64,000 nt of DNA from Candidatus Methylomirabilia bacterium (lineage in GTDB: Bacteria; Methylomirabilota; Methylomirabilia; Rokubacteriales; CSP1-6). Made by a program: the position numbers and the translations under genes. The notes under the pieces were generated by a model. That model ran no database searches. It saw only the letters and a program-made list of their open reading frames with translations, and was not told where the DNA came from. The stretch is taken from the NCBI GenBank assembly GCA_041492755.1, contig JBGPXN010000002.1, positions 14,883-78,882 of the forward strand. The letters are read 5' to 3'. This document shows, piece after piece, positions 44,160-54,500 of the stretch. Numbering within the stretch: position 1 is the first letter of the stretch; each line of letters begins with the position of its first letter.

Positions 44160-46736
44160 TCAGCGCTGCGCGAGGTAGGCGCTCAACGCGGCGCCTTCGC
44201 GCTCGCGGAGGGAGACGGCGATTCGGAGCTGTTCGAGGTATTGCTCGAGGGTCCTGCCCCCGAGGTGAATGTGTCGGGTGGTGAAGAAGTCGCGGACGTC
44301 GCGTTCCAGCTCGGGGGTGGCCAGGCCGGTCACGCCTTCACACATGCGCCGCAACCCGTGCTTCGGATACAGACGGTCCATCTCGGCCCAGTGCTCCTTC
44401 GCGAATCGCCAGGTCAGCTCGCGCGACGCGACGCTCATCAGTATCGTGCGCAGGACGAAGGGCGCGTCTTGCGTGCGGATCTCGCCGTTGATGGTGCGGG
44501 CGAGCGTCGCCTCCACCAGCGCGGGTGGCCGGAACGCGGCCAGGGCGTAGAGATACCGCTGTTCTTCCTGCGGCGTGCGCGCGTTGCGGAAGCGGGTGAG
44601 GAACTCGTGGTAACGGGAGGCGTCGCCCGCATGGGCCAGGGTCGCGATGAGGCTCGGCAGCACGTTGGGATCGACCGCGGTGGGATCGTGCTGAGCGCGC
44701 GCGTAGAGTCGAGCCGCTTCGGCTTGCGTGGTGGCGTCGTTGCCCAGGACGCCGAACGCGCGCAGCAGATCGCCGCGTAGCTGCCGCGTCAGCTCGTCCT
44801 CGCCGGGAGCCGGCGTCCACCCGAGGGCGGCCACCGCCGGCGCCAGCAGCCGGCGCACGAACGCCTCGAAATTCGCGCAATCTTCGGGGCGGACGATCCG
44901 GTTCACCGCGCCGAGCGACGCGACCAGGGTCGTCCACACGTTCCGATCGCGCTCGTCCACGAAGCGCGTCGTGAGGTCGAGATACTCGGTGAGCGGCGTG
45001 AGACCGCCCAGCGTGGCGGCCCAGGCGTCGTTGGCGAGGTTGAAGCGCTCGATGGGCTGCAGACCGGCCCGGCGGGCGAGCAGTCGCTCGCGCAGGTCGC
45101 GCTCGTAGCGCACCCGGTAGAAGCCATGTCCGCCCTCGTTGACCAGCGCCCACGCCAGCCCCGCCGGCGCGGGCACGCGCACCTCGTCGGTGTCGAGCAG
45201 GACCCGGCGGATCTCCTCGCCGCCGGTGCCGGCCAGCCGCAGCTGCACGGGGACGTGCCAGCGAGTCGTCGACGGTGGATCAAGCGGCGTCGCGCCCGGC
45301 AGCGGAGGTGGCGGCGCCGCCAGGAACGTGAAGCGCTGCTGGGTGAGGACCAGGTCGTTGCCGTCCCGCCGTACGCTGACGAGCGGATATCCGGGGCGGA
45401 AGATCCAGCCGTCCATGACGGCGGGGATCGGCTGGCCGGACGCCCGGCCGAGGGCCGCCCACAGGTCGCCGGTGTCGGCGTTGGCGTAGGCATGCGTGCG
45501 CAAGTATTCGCGCACGCCCTCGCGGAACACCGGCGGGCCCAGATACTGCTCGAGCATGCGGAGCACGGACGCGCCCTTCTCGTACGTCAGCACGTCGAAC
45601 ATGGCGTCGGCGTCGCGCGGCGCGCGCACGGGGAACTCGATCGGCCGCGTGTTCCAGAGACCGTCCACGGCGAAGGCGGCCGCGCGCGACACCCCGAACG
45701 TCGTCCAGCGCTGCCACTCCGGCTTCCACGCGTCGACGGCGAGCATCTCCATGAACGTCGCGAACGCTTCGTTGAGCCAGATCCCGTTCCACCAGGTCAT
45801 GGTCACGAGATCCCCGAACCACATGTGGGCGTTCTCGTGGGCCACGACGTCGGCCACCCGCTCCTGCTCGGCGTGAGTGGCGGCCGTCTCGTCCACGAGC
45901 AGCGCGGTCTCGCGGAACGTGATGGCGCCGAGGTTTTCCATGGCGCCGGCCGCGAAGTCGGGGATGGCGAGCAGGTCGAGCTTCTCGGCGGGGTACGCAA
46001 GGCCGTAGTAGTCCTCGAAGAACCGGAGCGACGCGGCGCCGATCTCGCGACCGAAGCCGGTGAGCCGAAGCTTGCCCGGCACGCACCAGACGCGCAGGGG
46101 CGCCCGACCGACCATGACCGGCTCGGTCGCCTCCAGCTCGCCGACGATGAACGCGACCAGGTACGTCGACATCCGGATCGAGTCGGCGAAGCGGATCACC
46201 TTCTTTCCGCCCTCGCGCCGCTCCTGCCGCACCGGCGTGTTGGACACCGCGGTCAGCGCCTCATCGATCACGAGTGTCGGCGCGAAGACGGCCTTGAAGT
46301 CGGGCTCGTCCCAGCACGGAAACGCGCGCCGCGCGTCGGTCGCCTCGAACTGGGTCGCCGCCAGCGCGTGGGTGGCGCCCGCGGGGTCCTTGTACGTGCT
46401 GCGGTAGAAGCCGCGCAGCTTGTCGTTGAGCGTGCCGCGGAACGTGAGCCGCAGCCGCCAGGGGCCCGGTGTCGCGGCCTGCGGGAACGTCAGCCGGGCG
46501 CGCTCGAGCGCCTCGTCCGACTCCGCGGTGCCGACGAGCCGCCCGCCCGCGTCGTTTTCGAGCACCACGCTCGTGATCGCGATCTCGGCGGCGTTGAGGA
46601 CGATCTCCCGCGTGGGCTCGTGCACGGTGACCGCCACCGTCTCCTCGCCGGCGAACGTGGACGTGACGAGATCCGGCTCCAGCCTCAAGTCATAACGCGA
46701 CGGCACGACGACGCGCGGCAACCGGTAGGGATCCAC
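44160..46736 (-). CDS. pepN: Aminopeptidase N (M1 family)
   Basis: GTG start after GGGAGG. It has the GAMENLG exopeptidase motif and the HENAHMWFGD...WLNEAFA zinc site, and is 858 aa long. Confidence 0.9.
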   Translation of the reverse strand: MDPYRLPRVVVPSRYDLRLEPDLVTSTFAGEETVAVTVHEPTREIVLNAAEIAITSVVLENDAGGRLVGTAESDEALERARLTFPQAATPGPWRLRLTFRGTLNDKLRGFYRSTYKDPAGATHALAATQFEATDARRAFPCWDEPDFKAVFAPTLVIDEALTAVSNTPVRQERREGGKKVIRFADSIRMSTYLVAFIVGELEATEPVMVGRAPLRVWCVPGKLRLTGFGREIGAASLRFFEDYYGLAYPAEKLDLLAIPDFAAGAMENLGAITFRETALLVDETAATHAEQERVADVVAHENAHMWFGDLVTMTWWNGIWLNEAFATFMEMLAVDAWKPEWQRWTTFGVSRAAAFAVDGLWNTRPIEFPVRAPRDADAMFDVLTYEKGASVLRMLEQYLGPPVFREGVREYLRTHAYANADTGDLWAALGRASGQPIPAVMDGWIFRPGYPLVSVRRDGNDLVLTQQRFTFLAAPPPPLPGATPLDPPSTTRWHVPVQLRLAGTGGEEIRRVLLDTDEVRVPAPAGLAWALVNEGGHGFYRVRYERDLRERLLARRAGLQPIERFNLANDAWAATLGGLTPLTEYLDLTTRFVDERDRNVWTTLVASLGAVNRIVRPEDCANFEAFVRRLLAPAVAALGWTPAPGEDELTRQLRGDLLRAFGVLGNDATTQAEAARLYARAQHDPTAVDPNVLPSLIATLAHAGDASRYHEFLTRFRNARTPQEEQRYLYALAAFRPPALVEATLARTINGEIRTQDAPFVLRTILMSVASRELTWRFAKEHWAEMDRLYPKHGLRRMCEGVTGLATPELERDVRDFFTTRHIHLGGRTLEQYLEQLRIAVSLREREGAALSAYLAQR

Positions 46737-46820
46737 CTGAACCTCCCGAAGGATGGCAGTCTCCGTACTCTATCAGGCTGCCCGCGCCGTTTCCCCGCCT
46801 AGTTGCGCGGAGGAAGCCGA

Positions 46821-47642
46821 CTACGTTCGGCCAAGCGCGCCCAGTCCGGCGACGAAGCCGGTGAGCATGTCCCAGCCGGAGGAATGGCCGATGCGCGTGA
46901 GCCGGCGGGCGGCGTCGAGGATCTCCTCGCGCGGCCGCGCGCCCGCGGCCCGCCCGGCGAGATCGTGCAGGGGGGCGTGGCCTTCGCCATCGAGCAGGTC
47001 ACCCAGGAGCGCGGCGCTGATGGGATGCGTGCGCGCCGGCGCGCGCCGGCGGATCTCGTTCGCCGCCCGTCGCCAGTCATCGGCGTCGCGATGCTCGAGC
47101 CGGTCGACGACGGCGCGCGCGAAGAAGGCGCCGCCGACGAAATCGTCCCCGGCGGGCGTGAGGCCGGGCCCGAGACCGAGCAGCGGCGCCGCGGCGCGCC
47201 CGGCGGCGTGGGCGTCGTCGCTCGCGCACGCACGGGCCAGCGCCATCGCCGCCGGCACCGCGCTCTCGAGCGGGAAGGCGGGGACGCGTCCGAGGAGCAA
47301 CGCGCCGAGGCCGTCGGGGACGCCGACCTCGGCCGCGGCCCTCGACAGATCACGCGCGGCCGCACGGAGCGCCGCCGCCGCGTCCGAGCCGTCGGGCAGC
47401 GCCGGCGCGCGCCAGCGCCGGGCGGCGTGCAGCGTGAGGCGCGGACGGTCGCCGGCCGGAAGCGGGTCGGCGGTCAGCATCGCGCGCGGATGCAGCGACG
47501 AGCCGGGCGGGCCGAGCCAGACGATCTCACCGTCGATGGTGAGATACACGGACGCCGAGAGCGCGGCGAGCACATGAACGGAACCGGGCGCGCGTTCAAC
47601 CGCGCGTTCTGCTCGCCACCCGACGTCGCTGACCACGATCAC
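46821..47642 (-). CDS. Hypothetical protein, DUF2877-like
   Basis: 273-aa ORF with a GTG start. The GLGPGLTPAGDDFVGG motif resembles the DUF2877 / AllH-like family as I remember it. The assignment is weak. Confidence 0.4.
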   Translation of the reverse strand: MIVVSDVGWRAERAVERAPGSVHVLAALSASVYLTIDGEIVWLGPPGSSLHPRAMLTADPLPAGDRPRLTLHAARRWRAPALPDGSDAAAALRAAARDLSRAAAEVGVPDGLGALLLGRVPAFPLESAVPAAMALARACASDDAHAAGRAAAPLLGLGPGLTPAGDDFVGGAFFARAVVDRLEHRDADDWRRAANEIRRRAPARTHPISAALLGDLLDGEGHAPLHDLAGRAAGARPREEILDAARRLTRIGHSSGWDMLTGFVAGLGALGRT

Positions 47643-47668
47643 GTCGGGCGTCTGCTAAGGTACGCGGG

Positions 47669-48877
47669 ATGCTCCGCCGTCTGCGCGACGCGGCCGGGCT
47701 CGTGCTGCTGCTCCTGGGCGCGGCGGGCGCGACCGGCGGCGACTCCGTCACCGAGTTCCTCGGCCGCCACTGGCGACGTCCCCTCGCGCCGCAAGGCGAT
47801 GCGCCGGCACGCTTCAGTCCGGTGGAGGCCTCGCTGCATCCCGAAGCGTGCGGCACCTGCCATCCCATCCAGCTCGCCGACTGGCGCACGAGCCTGCACG
47901 CGGCGTCGATGGGACCGGGCGTGGCCGGGCAGATCGTCGAAATGCTCGCGACCGATCCCGCCAGTGCGCTCGGCTGCCTCGGCTGCCATGCGCCACTCGC
48001 CGAGCAAGCGCCGCTGGCGGGCCGCATCGACGCGCTCGTCGACAACCCGGTGCACGACCGCGCGCTCGGCGGCAAGGGCGTGGTCTGCGCCGCCTGCCAC
48101 GTGCGCGAGCACGAACGCTTCGGTCCGCCGCGCCGCGACGGCAGCCTGACCGCCCGCGCGCCGCGCGACACCCTGCCGCACGCCGGGGTGACGCGAACCC
48201 CCGCGTTCCTGGCCTCGGGGTTTTGCCGCTCGTGCCACCAGTTCCAGCCCGACGGCCTGGCCCTGAACGGCAAGTTGCTGGAGGACACCTACGACGAATG
48301 GCAGGCGAGTCGCTTCGCGCGCTCGAACGTGCACTGCCAGGACTGCCACATGCCGGACCGCCGGCACCTGTGGCGCGGCATCCACGACCGCGACATGGTC
48401 CGTGGCGGCGTCACCATCACGCCGCGGGTCCGAATGGAGCGGCCGGGCCCGGCCCGGCTGGTGAACGTCTCGCTCACCCTGCGGAACACGCGGGTCGGCC
48501 ACGCCTTTCCGACGTACATTCCGCCCCGGGTCGTCATGCGCGTGGAGCTGCGCGATGCGGCCGGGGTTCCGGTGCCGGGCGGCGTCGAGGAATACACGAT
48601 CGGCCGCGACGTGTCGCTCGACATGGCGCAGGAGCTGAGCGACACGCGGGTTCAGCCCGGGCAGACGGCGACGGTGCATCTCCGCCGGCAGGTGGATCAG
48701 CGCGGCTCGATCGTTCGCGCCACCGTGACCGTGTACCCGGACGCCTTCTACACGCGCTTCTTCGAGACGTTGCTGGAGCAAGGCGCCGGGCGTGGCGAAC
48801 CGCTGATCCGCCGGGCGCTGGAGGCCACCCGGCGCTCGTCGTTCACGATTTACGAGCAGGAGTGGCCCGTGCGCTGA
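47669..48877 (+). CDS. Secreted pentaheme c-type cytochrome
   Basis: Signal-like N-terminus and five CxxCH motifs (CGTCH, CLGCH, CAACH, CRSCH, CQDCH). Confidence 0.8.
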   Translation: MLRRLRDAAGLVLLLLGAAGATGGDSVTEFLGRHWRRPLAPQGDAPARFSPVEASLHPEACGTCHPIQLADWRTSLHAASMGPGVAGQIVEMLATDPASALGCLGCHAPLAEQAPLAGRIDALVDNPVHDRALGGKGVVCAACHVREHERFGPPRRDGSLTARAPRDTLPHAGVTRTPAFLASGFCRSCHQFQPDGLALNGKLLEDTYDEWQASRFARSNVHCQDCHMPDRRHLWRGIHDRDMVRGGVTITPRVRMERPGPARLVNVSLTLRNTRVGHAFPTYIPPRVVMRVELRDAAGVPVPGGVEEYTIGRDVSLDMAQELSDTRVQPGQTATVHLRRQVDQRGSIVRATVTVYPDAFYTRFFETLLEQGAGRGEPLIRRALEATRRSSFTIYEQEWPVR

Positions 48878-48906
48878 TCCCGAGTGCGACGCGGCCGGCC
48901 CGCCGG

Positions 48907-49692
48907 TCACGCCGACGTGAGCACGGCGCGCCCATCGTCGTCGCGCTCGTGCGAGGCGACGCGGAGCCCGGCCGCGGCTGCTTCGCGCTCGAGCTCGCCC
49001 ACCTGAAACTGATGCTCGTAGTGGATGGAGCGCCAGTCGTCGCCGGCCCAGATCTTGTCGCCGGGCTCCGGTCGCCAGTCCGCGCCGCACACCGACGCGG
49101 CCAGCGCGGTCAGCCGGCGGGGGAGCGTGCGCTCGGGCCCGTCCGTGGCCACGTAACTGAGGAGGATGCGGCCGCCCGGCGCGAGCACGGCACGAAGTCG
49201 GGCGAGCGTGGCCGTGCGCAGCGCGAGCGAGGGGATGTACGAATAGGCGTACCAGGAGAAGACGATCGCGTCGTACGGCCCGCGGAGCGGCGCCGTCTCC
49301 ACCGCGCCCGTGATGACCTCCGCGCTGAGCCCGAGCTTCACGAGCATCGCGCGCGCCCGGGCGGCGCTCGCCGGCACGAGCTCGAGCCCGTCGACGCGGT
49401 AACCGAGGCGGAGCAGCGCGATCAGATCGCGTCCGGTCCCGCATCCGACGAGCAGCGCGTGATCCTCGGGCCGCAGCTGGCCGGGATACCACCTCTTCTC
49501 CCAGTCCATGAGTCCGGAGAGGATCTGCGCCTCGTTGCCGGCGTGGCCGTCCCAGCGCGCTGCCACCGCCGCGCTCAGCTCGCTACGCGGAAGCGTGCCC
49601 GCGGCCAGGCACACCACGGCGCGCGCACCGCGATCGAGGACGCGCCCGGCGACCTGGAGCGTGACGAACGCGGCCCGCCGCATGATCGCCAT
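48907..49692 (-). CDS. Class I SAM-dependent methyltransferase
   Basis: ATG 49692 lies 5 nt after the GGT stop. It has motif I LLVGCGTGRDL and the post-I/II pattern YDAIVFSW, PGGRILL. Confidence 0.7.
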   Translation of the reverse strand: MAIMRRAAFVTLQVAGRVLDRGARAVVCLAAGTLPRSELSAAVAARWDGHAGNEAQILSGLMDWEKRWYPGQLRPEDHALLVGCGTGRDLIALLRLGYRVDGLELVPASAARARAMLVKLGLSAEVITGAVETAPLRGPYDAIVFSWYAYSYIPSLALRTATLARLRAVLAPGGRILLSYVATDGPERTLPRRLTALAASVCGADWRPEPGDKIWAGDDWRSIHYEHQFQVGELEREAAAAGLRVASHERDDDGRAVLTSA

Positions 49693-49697
49693 CGAGC

Positions 49698-51329
49698 CTA
49701 CCGGCCGAGCGCGGCGCCGTCGGCGCGCGGGTCCGAGCCGCCGCGCAGGCCGTCGGCGTCGATCGCGATCACGTGGGCGTGACCCATGAGGTCGCTCCAC
49801 TCCTCCACCACGCGCACCTCGTGACCACGGGCGCGCAACCCGTCCACCACTTCGGCGCCGAAGCGCGCCTCGATCTTCAGGTCGCGCGAGGCCGCTCCCC
49901 ACGTCCGGCCCCACAGCCAGCGCGGCGCCTCCACCGCGGCTTGCGGGCCGAGGCCGCGGTCGACGATCCGCGTCACCAGCGCGGCCTGCGTCTGGGGCTG
50001 GCCTTCGCCGCCCATGGTGCCGTAGACCAGCCGCGGCCGGCCGCCGACGAGATACATCGACGGGATCAGCGTGTGCGCCGTCTGCTTGCGCGGAGCGAGC
50101 GCGTTGGGATGCGCGGGATCGAGCGAGAAGAAGGCGCCTCGGTTTTGCAGCAGGACGCCGGTGTCGCCCGCGATCACGCCGGAGCCGAACTCGTGATAGA
50201 GGCTCTGGATGACCGCGACCGCGTTGCCGGCGGCGTCCGCGGTCACGATCGCGATCGTGTCGTCGCCGGCCGCTCGCCCCGCGCCCTCGGGCGTGGCGGC
50301 GCGGCGTCTGGAGATGCGTTCGCGCCGTCGGGCCAGGCGCGCGAGATCCAGGCACCGGTCCACCGGGACCGGTACGACCGTGGGGTCGGCCAGATAGCGA
50401 TCGCGGTCCTCGAACGCGACCTTGGTGGCTTCCACCAGCACGTGCACGTATTCCGTCTCGTCCAATCCGGCGATATCGAAGCCCTCGAGCAGCGCAAGGA
50501 TCGCCAGCGCGGCGAAGCCCTGCGTCGGCGGCGGAAAGCTCACGGCTTCGCCGCGGCGGTACGGCACGCGCAGCGCGTCGACCCACTCCGCGCGATGCGC
50601 GGAGAAGTCTTCGGCCCGAAGCGGGCTCCCCAGCGCTTCCGCGGCGGCCGTGATGCGGCGGGCGAGCGCGCCGCGATAGAACTCGTCGGCCCCGCCCTCG
50701 GCGATTGCCGCCAGGGTCCGGCCGAGATCGGCCTGTACGAACCGCTCGGTGTTCAGGCGGTGGGGGTGATAGCCGGGCCAGAGCGTCTTGCGAACCTCGT
50801 CGGGCGCGCCGTCGGAGAACAGGTCGTGTGCAGCGGCGGTGACCCGCCGCTGGCCTGGAGACGGCGCGATTCCTTCGCGCGCGTGGACGATGGCGTGTTC
50901 GAGGAGGGTGCGCCAGCCCAGCGGCGAGCCGAGCCGCGTACGGCTGTACTCATGAACGGCCCACCAGCCGGACACCGCGCCGGGGACGGTGAGAGCGGCG
51001 GCGCCGCCCCGGACCGGAATGGTCATACCGAACCGGGTACGGTACTCGGCCAGTTCGGCGGCCCGCGCCGAGCGCCCGGCGGCGTTGAGCCCGGCGACGG
51101 TGCGGCGGTGGGAGTCGTAAACGAGCCAAAAGCTGTCGCCCCCGATGCCTGTCATGTGGGGGTACACCACTGCGATGGTTGCGGCGGTGGCCACGGCGGC
51201 ATCCGCGGCGGTACCGCCAGCGGCCAGGGCGGCGAGCCCAGCTTCCGAGGCGAGCCGGTGCGGCGAGGCCACCATGCCAAGGTTTGCGCGGGTTTCCGGC
51301 CAGCGGGTGGGGGTCGGCACGGCGCCCAT
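49698..51329 (-). CDS. ggt: Gamma-glutamyltransferase family protein
   Basis: MVASPHRLASEAGLAALAAGGTAADAAVA...HMTGIGGDSFWLVY, the GDDTIAIVTAD autoprocessing Thr region and TMGGEGQPQT. ATG 51329 is preferred over TTG 51395. Confidence 0.85.
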   Translation of the reverse strand: MGAVPTPTRWPETRANLGMVASPHRLASEAGLAALAAGGTAADAAVATAATIAVVYPHMTGIGGDSFWLVYDSHRRTVAGLNAAGRSARAAELAEYRTRFGMTIPVRGGAAALTVPGAVSGWWAVHEYSRTRLGSPLGWRTLLEHAIVHAREGIAPSPGQRRVTAAAHDLFSDGAPDEVRKTLWPGYHPHRLNTERFVQADLGRTLAAIAEGGADEFYRGALARRITAAAEALGSPLRAEDFSAHRAEWVDALRVPYRRGEAVSFPPPTQGFAALAILALLEGFDIAGLDETEYVHVLVEATKVAFEDRDRYLADPTVVPVPVDRCLDLARLARRRERISRRRAATPEGAGRAAGDDTIAIVTADAAGNAVAVIQSLYHEFGSGVIAGDTGVLLQNRGAFFSLDPAHPNALAPRKQTAHTLIPSMYLVGGRPRLVYGTMGGEGQPQTQAALVTRIVDRGLGPQAAVEAPRWLWGRTWGAASRDLKIEARFGAEVVDGLRARGHEVRVVEEWSDLMGHAHVIAIDADGLRGGSDPRADGAALGR

Positions 51330-51599
51330 CTTACTCGCTTGCCGAGCCACTGTGGCCGCGCCGATGTCAGCGTGGCTAACGCACGGCGTTCCCAATCCGG
51401 CGTCGAGCGTCCGCCTTAACGTGTTGTGAAACCGTTACATATCCGGCGGCGCTGGCGAGCCCGGGGGGGAGTAGACAAAGAGTTGCAGGGCGAGTAGGCA
51501 CGAACTTTCACACCGGATGCTACGATGACCCTACGTTGAACAGGACGGCGGCGCGAATGTAGTAGGGGCGCCCATTTAGGAAGCGACGCACATTTACCA

Positions 51600-54500
51600 A
51601 TGAACAGGAATGGTGCTCTCGTGACCCGACCGAATCTCATGAACGGCGTCCGGGGCTTGCTGCTCGGCCTCGTCGCCCTCGGGACCAGCTACCTGGCCGC
51701 CGGCTCGGCCGATGCCGCGGTCCTCAAGCGCGTCCACACCGGTGTCCGGAACGTCCCGAGCGCAACGGCCGTCACGGTGGTCTTGGATCTACCCGACGCG
51801 TCCAAAGCCTTCGTCGTGTGCTATCCCCGCAGCAGCACCACGAGCTCGCACCAGCGCGTGACCTGCGTCCTCGGCGACAACCTGCTCACGATCGACGGCG
51901 GGACGAACGTCGGCGCCAACGTCACCGTCTCCTTCTACGTCGCCGAGTTCGATTCCGGAGTGTTCGTCCGGCGCGGCACCTCGAGCTTCGCCGCCGCGGG
52001 GACGACGCCGACCGCGGCCCCATCGTTCAGCGCGGTGGACTGCACGTCCAGCTTCATCGTCTGGGGTGGCGAGCAGACGAATGCCTCCGCGAGCAACAAC
52101 AACGACGAAGAGTTCACCTTCCGCGCGATCCTGGGCACGGTCGCTTCGCCCTGCACCAGCGGGACGACCAGCACGCTGTCGATCGATCGACTCGACGGCG
52201 CGACGGCGGCCACCGTGGCCTGGCAGATCGTCACCATGGACAGCGCGGTGGTGCAGCGGAACGTGGCGAGTCTCGCCAATAACGCGACCACCACCACCGC
52301 TGCCATCACCTCGGTCGACACGACCAAGTCGTTCGCGCAGATCACCCGGACCGGCGGCACCGCGATCGCCGGCGTCGAGAACCTGTACCTGACGCGGGTG
52401 ACCTTCTCGGCCGCCAACCAGCTCACGTTCACGCGGGGCGCGCAGACGGGCGCCGCCAACACGGGGGTGAGCATCGCGTGGGAGGTCGTGTCGTTCTTCG
52501 ACGGTACGACCGTGACGTCCGGGACGACCACCGGCACGGGCACCCACACCCAGATGAGCACGGCGCTGTCAGGGGTCAGCACGGGACGGGCCGTGCCGTT
52601 GTACGCGCAGTCGACCGCCGTCGCGGGCAACAACATCTGGTCGGCCGCGGCCTGGTCGGTGCAGGTGGTGAGCAACCCGAGTTTACAGATCCTGTTCACG
52701 CGCGGCGCCAGCAGCAACAGCGTCGTGTCGGCGAGCTGGTACGTCGTGTCCTTCAACCGTTGCACCAACGATCCGCTCTGCCAGGTCGGCGCCAATGCCG
52801 GCTCGGGTCAGGTGCGGCTGGCCACCACGACTTACACTGACCCCGGGTGCCCCGTGTTCGGCTGCGGGTACCTGGTGCTGCGCCGGACGGCCTCGATCAC
52901 CGACGCGCCGGTGAATGGCACGCAGTACGCGGTAGGGGGCACGATCGGGAGCTCGACGGTCGTCTACAACGCGCACCAGACGAGCAACACCAACGCGAAC
53001 GCCGCCAATGCGACCAGCTTGACGGTCGGGTCGACGACCGGCTTCCCGTCGTCCTGCAACAGCAACTGCCGCGCATACGTCTTCGACGCGACCACGCTGG
53101 CCGTCGACGAGTTCACGTATACCGGCACCACGGCGACGACCTTCACGGGCATCCCGAACTCGGGCGCGCTGGCCATGCTGGCCCACCCCGTCGGCTCCAT
53201 CGTCCGCGCGTATCCGGGCAGCCAATCGAGCGGGAACATCACGATGCCGCAGACGACGACGTCCGCCGCGCTCGGCTTGACCAGCACGACGGGGGCGATC
53301 ACCGTGGCGTCCACCACGATCACCGTCGCGTCCACGACGAACTTCGCCTCGTCGGGGACCGCCTTCATCAACAAGACCGACGCGTTCACGTACACGGGGA
53401 CGACGGCGACGTCGTTCACCGGCGTGTCGGGGATCGACGCGTCCTACGCCGCCGGCGCTGGCATCAACGCCTTCGGCACGACGATCACCGTGGCCTCGAC
53501 GGCCAACTTCCCGTCGGCGGGTACCGCCTACGTCAGCGCCAGCGATTCGTTCACCTACACGGGGACCACCGCCACGTCGTTCACCGGAGTTCAGGGCGTG
53601 AGCGCCTCCTACACGTCCGGGGTGGCCATCACCGCGGAGGGCTTCCGGGAGACCGGCCTCAGCAACGGGACGACCTACTTCTACAAGGTGTTCCCGAAGA
53701 CCGGGAGCAGCACGTACGTGACGACGCTGACGAACGCGCAGAGCCAGGTGACCGCGGTCCCCGACGCGGGCCAGACGACGTGGAGCTTCGCGACGACGTC
53801 GGGCTCGACCATGAACTTCCCGGTCGCGGGGAACACCGGCATCTTCGTGTCCGCGAACAACACGACGATCACGACGCTCAACCCGGCCGACGGGACGCAG
53901 ATGGCGCAAGCGAACACGGAGGGGGCGGTCCAGAGCTACGTGACGTGGGGCGTCGACAGCGGCGGCGCGGGCGAAAGCGTCACCGGCGCGGACTCGGTCG
54001 GCATGATCTACCAGCTCGACGCCAGCACCGGGGACCCGCGGTGGTCGACCGCCTTCCCGAATCTCCAGGCCGGAGACTACATCCAGGCCGGCATCTCCGC
54101 CCAGGTCCTCGACTACTCGGACGCGACGTTCCAGGGCCAGTTCTCGACGGACGTGCTCTTCGTCGGCACCACGGGCGACGGCACGAACACGACCAACCAT
54201 GCGGTGGCGGCGTTTCGCGCTGACACCGGCGCGCTGCTGTGGGAGTTCCGGCCGAACCCCACGGGAGTCGGCGCGCCCATGGGCGAGGTGATCGGCCAGC
54301 CGTGGGTCGACTATGAGCGCAACCGGCTCTACGTCACCACCCGCAATGGCGTGTTCGGCGGTCAGAACGGCCTGTGGGTGCTGCGCACGGTCCAGGAAGG
54401 CGCGAACGCCGCGGGCACGCTCGTCACCTCGTTCGGCACCGTCGGTGATTCCCAGATCCCCCCCACGGCCAGCTACAACGGCCAGGTCCTCTACCTCGCC